A DNA stretch of 61,065 nt, the filler included, from Sluysia triapertura (lineage: Eukaryota): assembly GCA_046118255.1 (NCBI GenBank). It is 4 parts of 4 records of this genome, joined end to end, with 100 filler letters (N's around TTAATTAATTAA, not from the genome) between each part and the next. Parts side by side here need not be neighbours in the genome. Positions count along the whole stretch, not along the records: positions 49,329 to 61,065 come from JBJNIA010175140.1; 3 more parts are not named here. One strand, given 5' to 3'. Within the stretch, counting starts at the first letter, position 1. Each line of letters opens with the position of its first letter. Position numbers and translations under genes: made by a program. The notes below the pieces were generated by a model. The model saw nothing but the letters and a program-made list of their open reading frames with translations. It searched no databases and had not been told where the DNA came from. This document shows positions 51,937-61,065 of the stretch, piece by piece.

Positions 51937-53906
51937 TACAATTGAAGATTATCAAATTAGTAATAATGTGAGAAATAATTCAATTTTAAAATCTTAATAT
52001 GGCAAGTTGGTAGGCCACTATTATGAATTATAAAATTAATCCACTTACTTCATCCATCTCTTTGGAAGCAAGGTCGAGAACTTGTAACGTGTCGAATTTA
52101 TTATTGTTAATGCTTTATTTATCACATTATATTTAACAAGTTAATTTTTAATTATAATATTCTTAATTTTTAATACATAAATGAAATTTTCTAAAATTAT
52201 TGAGCAATAAATCACTTTCTAAAATGTTTCCTAACTCGATGTAGAAGATATCAAATATAGGGTAATTATTAACTTCTAAATTTTGAATATTATTTCAAAG
52301 TACTGTCTTTGAGGAAATTTTCATTCCATGATAAATAATCTGGTACATTTCTATGAGCATAAACATAATTAACAAACGAGGACTTAAATTTAATTAATAA
52401 ATAAGATCAATATATAGCCATTGAATCCCCAAATAATTAATTGTGAGATTCGGAATTTTTCAAGCTTGCATGTAACATGATAAATAAATTCTTCGACCTA
52501 TTGATAGTTTTGAAGAGTGATTTTTATTAGTTTTGACAGGATTGAAACACGCATCATAACGACAGAAATACGTTTTCTTACGCGGATCAATTTGATTTTA
52601 CATGATCTAAATTTTTAAAAGTTATTTTTCTACTTATTTTCAATTTGCGATTCTTATTTCTGTTTGAATTTTGGTTCATTAATGAATACATACAAAATTG
52701 ATGTTAACAAATGTCAAAAATATTACATTAAATTAAAACAGTTAAAAATTGAACTTCGATAATCATGAATTTTCAAACTAAATTAATTAAACATTGCCTT
52801 CGAAAATTAGAAACATTTTGTATAAGACAATTTTTTAAAATCTTACCGTAAATAAATAGACAAAAGATTTAATTTTTAGGCTTCAGGAAAATTAAAATAT
52901 AAAATTTCGTTATTTTTATAAGGGCAATAAGGATTTTAATGATGATTATCTATAATTTTTGAACAAATTCATCAAAATTATTTATTAACTATTTATAAAT
53001 TCATATTTTCGAGGTTCTTTATCCAAAATATTTTGAAACATTTGATTGTCATTAAATTAATATTTAATACTTATTTTAATTTTGATTTTTAAGTTATTTA
53101 TAAATTGATTTTGGGAGGCTCTCAGCCTAAATTATTTTGAAACATTTGATTATCTTAAAATAAAATTATTTGGAAATATTCGATTACTTTTATAATTTTT
53201 ATTTCTAAGTTATTTCTAATAAAATCATTGAGAAATATTTCACTGACTGACTTTGAGTTTAAAATATTAAAATTGTAAATCCATTAATTGTAAATTTTAC
53301 AGAGTGTACAGATTTAATTTTTGTGTGGAGGTTGTTATTAGTTGTATCACCCTTGGTTTTCTTGTTAATATTATCATAAATTTATTGCTAATTACCTAGT
53401 GTCAATGTGAATTAAATACAATTAATAGACATTTTAGTTTTTCCGAAATTTAGGATATTTTTTTCAATTAATATTTATTGGTAATGAGAGATTAGTTGAA
53501 TTTATTTAGTTTAATAGTGTATATAAATGAGTTAAATCCTTTTGATTTTAATTTAATTCTAGATACAAATAAATTAATTAGTAATAAAGAATAATTAAGC
53601 AAATAACAAATTTATTTGTATTATTATTATAAGGGAAGAGATTGATATTAATAGCATGTATTAGATTTTAAATTTATTAAATTGGAAAATTAATTTCAAC
53701 GATATCTGGATTAAATTAACTTTAGAGCTTAAAAATGCAACAAATTAATAATATTTTGATACTTCTATTATTTCATTTCAAATAAGTCATGAAACTGAGT
53801 AAATAAAGTGATCTTCAATAAATTACAAATCGTTGCTGGTATTTTTAATGCTTCATTAATTTTTTATTTAATTAAAGTTTATTTCAATTCAGATGTTTTA
53901 CTCTAG

Positions 53907-54037
53907 GTCGATGTAAATCCATGTACTTCAGTAATAATTTGAAATTGTGTATTCTCAACCGTTATGTTGGATCTCAATTATCACTAACTTTATTTAAACG
54001 TACTACAGATTGGATATGGTACAAAGTGATATTTTAA
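53907..54037 (+). pseudogene. Possible PAN/apple-domain terminal exon
   Basis: ctctag|RCKSMYFSNNLKLCILN..DWIWYK fits C-x-S-x-x-F-x5-C-x-L. The upstream candidate exon has stops. Confidence 0.35.
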
Positions 54038-56509
54038 CTCAACTCACTTTATTAGTGACTCTTTCTTAGACGTTTTGCTTAACTTCACATTAATATTATA
54101 TATTTAAAACAAACTGCAATATTTATTGTTGTAATTAAATTTTAGATGTTTAAATTATGATATAATTTTGTGAAATAAACTTATTTTAAAATAAATTCCA
54201 TGAATGAGTTAATTAAGTATTCGACTTATGAATGAATGAAATATCAATGTTTCTACATTTAGTATTTAGCATTGATTGTTAAGTTAATATATTAAGTTAA
54301 TCAACTTATTTACATGACCATTATTCATTTTCCCCATTATTCATTACAATATATCCTCTTCCACCACTTCATGATTTGATTTAATGTATTATCAATAAAA
54401 AATCAATAACGTACTTATAAAGTTTAAAAATTATGGAATTATACTGAAATATGAAAACGAGTTTTAGAATGAGTTTTGTATGGTCAAATTTATTCATTTT
54501 TGATTATTTAAACAAAAATGGAAATTTGGAAATATTAATTGCCCAAAACGCGTACCTAAATAATTGTGTACTTGAAAGTAAATCGATAAAGATTTTCCAA
54601 CCTGATATTGCCTAGTATTATCGCAATTTAACACACAGTGAACATGGTAAAATGCTTTATTTCTATTTTGAACTTTTTACATTAAATAATATCCAAATTA
54701 CTGATAAACTCATAAATTTACTTTCGATATAATTCATGAGGTGACTAAGCTTAATCTTACGAGTAACTTTCGCTTTTTGTATAAGAAACCTATAAATGAA
54801 TTGAAAATTAAATGTTTCGGTTGTTCCGCTAGTAATTTTCCGATATATAATGGTGAAGAAAATCAGTATATTGTTAATAAAACAAGACTAACAAATGTAC
54901 TTTCTCATGGTTTTGAAGTGTTTCCAGAATCAACAAATGTGTTAAATTTAATAACCAATAAATATGTGAAGTGATGTTATGATTATCAATGCTGACATTT
55001 ATGTCCAAAATACTTAATGCTTTAATAATCTTCTTTTTCGGATCAGATGCTAATATATTAAACAATTTTATTATTTTATTTTTATTAAGTGTTATTTTCA
55101 AAATGTTTTTGACGTTATGTTTTTAGTTGTAGTTAAGTACAATAAAAGAAAGATTAATCTGAAAATTACTATTTCTCTGATAACCATGCCACTTGTTCTT
55201 GTGAATATTACAATGTTCAACAATATTAATAAAAGTTTTAAATATTATTGTTATTATACATTATTAAATAAATATAATTTAAGAAAATATAATCAATAAA
55301 AAATTTTAAAATTAAAAAAGATATTAATATTTAAAAATTAAAGAAAATATTTTAATAATAAAAGGAAATGTTTTTGTTTATATAATTAGTACTTGAGGAG
55401 GATAATTTTTGTTTAATTTACTATTTCGAGTAATTATTTTAAATAATTTAATATTTAATTTTAGGAAGTTTAATGTTTATCAAGTAAATTAAAATGGCGT
55501 AAGGCATTATTTAAACCTTAGAATTTTTTAGGGAACTCACAGAGAAAAGTTAGAATTCCGTAGGAAAATCAGAAACATTGGCAATATATAATTGGAGAAA
55601 TTTTTAGTGAAATTCACGAAGATCCATGCATTCAAAGTAACTATTTCCATTAATAAGTTTCCGTATTCACTGTATACCAGGAATACTAAAATACACTCAA
55701 AATATTAAACATTTTTGTACCAACACCTTAAAGAGAGTTGGGTAATTTTCAAATTAAATTTACTCATAGTCAACTAAGGTTGAATTATCAATTTGCATAT
55801 TTTTATTATATTTTTCGTGTACGAATTTTCTTCTAAACTATACGTTTTATACGAATTTTTTCTTGCAAGATACACGTTAATAAATTTTGTAGAGTTATTA
55901 GTTTATTTTACTTAAAATAATTCATTGCTTTCTAAACAACTTAATAAAAGGGTTATGAAATTTGTAAACTGAAAATCAAAGTTATTGTTGAAGTAAAAGT
56001 TTCCTAAATTGAATTATAAGTTATAAAAATCCTAATAAATCGTATCTATTAGGCGGACTGTGGTGACAAACCTATAATTTTTAACAAATTTCTGTAACGT
56101 TTTTTTAACACTAGGAAATCACATTTACCTTCAAAATTTACAATATACATTTTAAAACTCTTTAAAAACATTTCCTGTTCTTCCACATGGTTCAATACTA
56201 ACATAACCAAAATCTCACTCTTCAACATTACACAATTATTTTTTAGAATGTACCAAAACATAGGCTATATGTACCTTCTTCACTTTCACTAAACCACACT
56301 ATTTTCAATCCTTTTTTAAGTCACAACCTACTAACATCTAAACATTATTTTCATTCAGAATATCAATGTATATTTTAAAATTCACATAAAACATTTATAT
56401 ATTACCTCAAAACACTTAAGTCATAAGTTTCCAACACCAAAATTATTCTTTCATTTAAAACATTATAAACATTATAAACCTTTTAACATACATCTTAAAC
56501 AATTAAAAC

Positions 56510-56822
56510 ATTTTGAGAAAATTAAATAAATTTATTCAAGGAAGATCACGTTATAATTAAGATGAAATTTAAATGATAATAATAGTAATAATACCACAGT
56601 TGTTATTATTATCACCAATATTATTTTCATTATTCAATTTTATCAATTTACTAATTTTATTACTACTATCAATGGTGGCACTATGAGTTGCTAGGTATAA
56701 AGTGTTGTCATCATTGATAGTGGTCGACTTCTCAATATGATATAAATTTCAGTATATTATTGGCTGTCTAATCAGAGTAACTCGTTTCATTATTTTTATC
56801 ACCCTAGTTACACGGCCAATAA
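56510..56822 (+). repeat. Multi-hairpin module, copy 5
   Basis: (AAT) hairpin; ACTACTATCAATGGTGGCA/TGTCATCATTGATAGTGGT (56662-56724); ATTGGCTGT../..ACGGCCAAT. Confidence 0.75.
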
Positions 56823-56957
56823 GGATAGTTCAATAACACTGTACTAAAAATACTAGCAAGTATGTACAAATTTTTTCGTTAATTGTGCAGCCAATCAGTG
56901 CAGTACAGCGACTCAATAAACTAATCAGTGATATTTTGTCATAAATAGAAAACAATA

Positions 56958-57165
56958 TTGAACAAAGACGTTTATAATTACTGATAATAGTGTATTAATA
57001 AACAAACAATAAGCTGTTATTAAAAAACAATTCTGAGCAAAGACGTTCTCAATTACTGATAATGTTGCATTACTAAACGAATAATTATCATTAATTAAAA
57101 ACATTAGTGAACAAGAACGTTTTCAATTATTTATAATAACGTATTATCAAACAAATTAAGCTCAT
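56958..57165 (+). repeat. Three diverged ~75-bp tandem units
   Basis: GA(A/G)CAA..ACGTT...AATTA.T.ATAAT recurs at ~56960, ~57034 and ~57109. Confidence 0.65.
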
Positions 57166-60100
57166 TTTTCGATATATTGATGATTACATCAATAAAGTCA
57201 ATAGATTATCCAGATCTGATAAGAGACAAACGTTTCGTAAAACGATTCTCAAATAATCAAACATATAAATATAAATGTAATGACTCCTATGACAAAAATG
57301 TTAATTACCTATCCATCAAATGAAAATATATTGATAAATTTAGATAAAAATGATCAAGAACATGATATTAATGATTGTAGTACTGAAAATAAGAAGCAAC
57401 ATATAAATATTATCAATGATGAAGGGTGTAATTCCAAACATAGTTTGCGAATATCTTCTCAAAATAGAGACATTCATTGCTCGTTTTCTGATGAGGTGGT
57501 TAAGTATCTAAATATCAATCAGCTTAGTAATTGAAGAGACTCTATAAGTCGTTCCAAGAAAGGCAGTTTTGAATTAAAAATGAATGAGAAATGAAAAGAT
57601 AATGCTCCTATAGTATTAACAGGTTGTCTAATAATGCGCACAAATAATTGTAATAGATTTGTTTGTTGATAGTGTAACAACTAAACACATCTTCGAATAT
57701 TTGCCCAATTTACTTTACTATATCCAAGATGATTTTCAATGTAAGTGGATTAAAAGTGATAGACCAGCAACGATTATTACAATGTACTTATTTATTCGCA
57801 TATCTTCGATCATAGACTCTATGATAATGTTTTAAAGGAGATCACACCCAGAAAGCTAAGACAAGAAGCAATGTATTACAGAATGATACTAGATTCTGTG
57901 TAAGAATCAACTACTTATGATCAAAATAATGTTACAAGGAATTCTGAGAATGCGCAAGATAATAATTTAGCCCTGTAATCAACAAAGTTTACCCATGTTG
58001 TTAATATGTACCGAATATTCTGTTCTTCAGATCCAATCAGAATGGTCAATGCCTAAAATTCGGAAATACATGCATACTATCAGTCAACTTCAAGAACCTA
58101 CATTTATCAACAGCTTCCAAATATCACATCGAAACAGGTTGAAGCATTTATTATCCAGTATAACTACTCAATTTCTCACGACAGAAAAATTTCCGAACAC
58201 GAAATCAATGCAAGAAATCAATATTATCGAATCGAATAAAGTAATGATTTATATATTCCATAAGGAATTTTTATAATTTATGTATTTTAATTTATATTTT
58301 GAAACGTGTGACTTTACAAAATGGCATACTCTGGAAAATTTAACATTATTTAATATAGTTATGTTATTTATGAATAAAATTAGGAATTTTTGTGATTTTT
58401 TATTTACTTTCACTAATTTAAAAGTAATTTTCATTATATATCTTAATCGAAGAACTTTATATTTTAAAATTTCAACAAAATTTAATAAATTTAATAAGCT
58501 AGTATTCATAAAGTCATTACACAGACAGACTCATTTGATATTTTGTAAGTAAGAATAAGTTTTTAATAGAAACACATGCGATTTTATTGTTTAATATAAA
58601 CGTGTTCGTTTTAGATTTTTTAAATTGTTCACTCTAACTCTAATTAGTTTTGTTAAAGAATTTAAGCCTAAGTTAAATAAAATATTAAAATTTTGTATTA
58701 GATTAAATAATTTTAATGTTAAAAGGATAATAAAAAGTTCACTTTTAAAATAGTTAATAATCTAAATCTCTTGGAACCTACTATAATGATCATTACTGAT
58801 TTTCTCCAGATGTATTTTTGAGTATGGTATCATTGAATTGCTTATGATATTTTCCCTTCTTTGAGTACTAATTACATTCTGTAGTGAATAATAGTATCAC
58901 CTTGTGCTCTAAGTAATGTATCATATTTCATCTAACAAATCACATTTTGTCATGTAGCACGTATTAAAGATTCATCAGAAATTTCATATCTAGTAATATG
59001 TGTGTTACCAGTTATTGTGATAGCTGAAAATGTTTACATATTTATTTACTTCTGAGAGTCAATTTGTAGCTAATTTTCTTCTAGAACAAGCACTAAAGGA
59101 ATCCAGTTTTACTTAAACAAAGATAAACATAAAGCATATCACTAATTTTAAAATGTCGACAATATATATGTCTTAATACATACTCGAGATTTAATAAGTG
59201 ATTGTTTTACAAATTATCGGAAAGGCCATTCTTTTGATTTATCGAGCTATTGATGACCATTTCGTAAATATTGTCGAAGATTCCCGATATCCACAACTAC
59301 TTTTGATGATGATGATGAAAGATCCTTAAGTCACTGTTTTACATCAGATCGTACTAAGCAGAAAGTAGGTCAAGTAGATGATTTTCGATTGAGTAAAATC
59401 AAAAATAAATTACATAGCCATATTCGATATAGAATGAAACAAAAAACGGATAGAAGCATTTTCTTATCATACCCCTTGAAACAGATACTACAGGAAAAAA
59501 TGAACATCACAGACAATATACGCGAAATTATAAAAATAAACAAAATAATGAAAAAAATTGTTCAAAAAATTATCCATTTAAAAAATACTACGTTTATCTA
59601 TTCAAAATTTTAAATTAAATTTACTTATTATTAATGTGTCAAATTTTAAAAATAAATTAATCTTGACATTAAATTTAACGAGACATGGAGAAAACGATGT
59701 AACGTTTGAATTTGAAGATGTTTCTCTTACACATATTTTAAAAATTGCTTTCTATTGAAATTCTTTAATTGACCTTACAATCACTTTATCAATTTTAGAA
59801 TTATTATGATCAAAAAACAGTATCAAATTCAAATCTTAATACGATCATTATTTTTTACTATTATTAATACATCCTGTTATTAAAATTATACTTATTAAAT
59901 CTTCTCAATATAAAGTATTTTTACAATATTTAATTCTAGTGTCTACATTAATAATTATTATGTTTTTCACACTGCTTAATAATATTTCTCTATAATCCCA
60001 TTATTCCAAATTTATAGGTATTATTACACTTTATTAATAATCGCTTATTATATAATAATTAATTTTACTTTACTTATGTTGCAACTTTGAAAATTACCAA

Positions 60101-60619
60101 CTTTGATAACTCAATATTATTTTAATTAGCTTAAAAACGAATATCAATTATTTAAGTATTCAATATTCAAATATAAATTTTAAATAAATTTCTTACTTAA
60201 TGTCGATGATTATTTACTCCAAAAATTAAGCTCTTGGAAATCAAAGCAATAACACCAACACAACAATTTACTGGTTAAATAAAAATCAATTACAAATTAG
60301 TATTATTATAAATCTCTATTAAGCAGTATTAAAAATAATTAAAATGACGAGTTTAACAACGTTTATATTAGTTTCAGGGATATAACAATCTATCAAAAGA
60401 AACGAGATTAACTATTATTCACGATTATCAAATATAAAATTTTCAACACACACAAGAACAAAAACTATTTTTAATAAAATCCTCCAAAATATAATATTTT
60501 TAATTATAAAATAAATTAAAAATTACTTAAAGCATGGATCTTCTCATTTGCATTACTAATTGTTATTATTATTGTATTTTCGTTATAGTTGTTCTTGCGT
60601 TGTGTGTTAAAATTTTTAA

Positions 60620-61065
60620 GTTTTTCTTTTTATATTTTCTAATCATCCAATAATTTCCAATTTTGTGGTTAAACATTTTCTCACACATATCACTGCAACA
60701 TTCTTTGAGAATTAATCCGACAATAATAATTTTGACACTTACATGGTATGGACTGTCAAACTTTATTAGATACAGAACACAAAAAATTGATTTACGATTA
60801 CCTATTATTTTTCTTTACTCTACTTAATCTACTTTTACTTAAATTAATTCTCACATTAATATAACAATCATTATTATTGTTAACATACATAAAAATAAGT
60901 AATTTAATCGATTTCTGGTTTTTCACACCAAATTTTCTAATGACAAATGTTTTAAGGTTCTTATTCCCAAACAAATCACTCTGCAGACATTTCAAACTCA
61001 CTTCTAGATTCTCCTCTTTCATAGCAATCATCTCATATTCCATTCATTACATTTGCATCACTCTA
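60620..61065 (-). mobile_element. Copy of the degenerate retroelement-like region at 30040-30490
   Basis: Reverse complement aligns with 30042-30490 (TGATGCAAAT..GAATAAGAACCTTAAAACATTT..AATTTAAGTAAAA.TAGATT). Confidence 0.7.

Noticed and set aside
56958-57165. Spaced repeats as a CRISPR-like array
   Set aside because: Whole units are homologous diverged tandem copies without unique spacers, in a eukaryotic context with no cas genes.

Overview
Very AT-rich, intron-containing animal DNA. It is most likely a planarian flatworm, inferred from the Pumilio exon, the (ATT)n density and the transposon content; this is not proven. The window is not one locus: three identical 100-bp spacers (N44-TTAATTAATTAA-N44) join four pieces (1-12882, 12983-27555, 27656-49228, 49329-61065). 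Host-gene content is sparse: one Pumilio PUF-repeat exon, two protein-kinase exons, three phase-1 Ig-like exons of one gene, a decayed 28S rRNA fragment and small pseudogene fragments. Most of the rest is decayed transposons (Tc1/Tc3, mariner, pogo, L2 LINE, Gypsy). Two things stand out. (1) A ~120-bp element occurs twice, with TGTT..AACA-type ends and 4-bp target-site duplications; it carries a tRNA-like Pol III cassette (near-complete in one copy), like a tRNA version of Cassandra LTRs. (2) A multi-hairpin module occurs 5-6 times on three scaffolds, with arms that co-vary between copies. On one side it has a G/T-rich relic ORF; on the other it has different cargo (DEAD-box fragment joined to an OB-like region, OB-like, OTU-like, acidic), suggesting an unclassified gene-carrying mobile element. 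All protein family calls come from motif recognition by eye; no searches were run.
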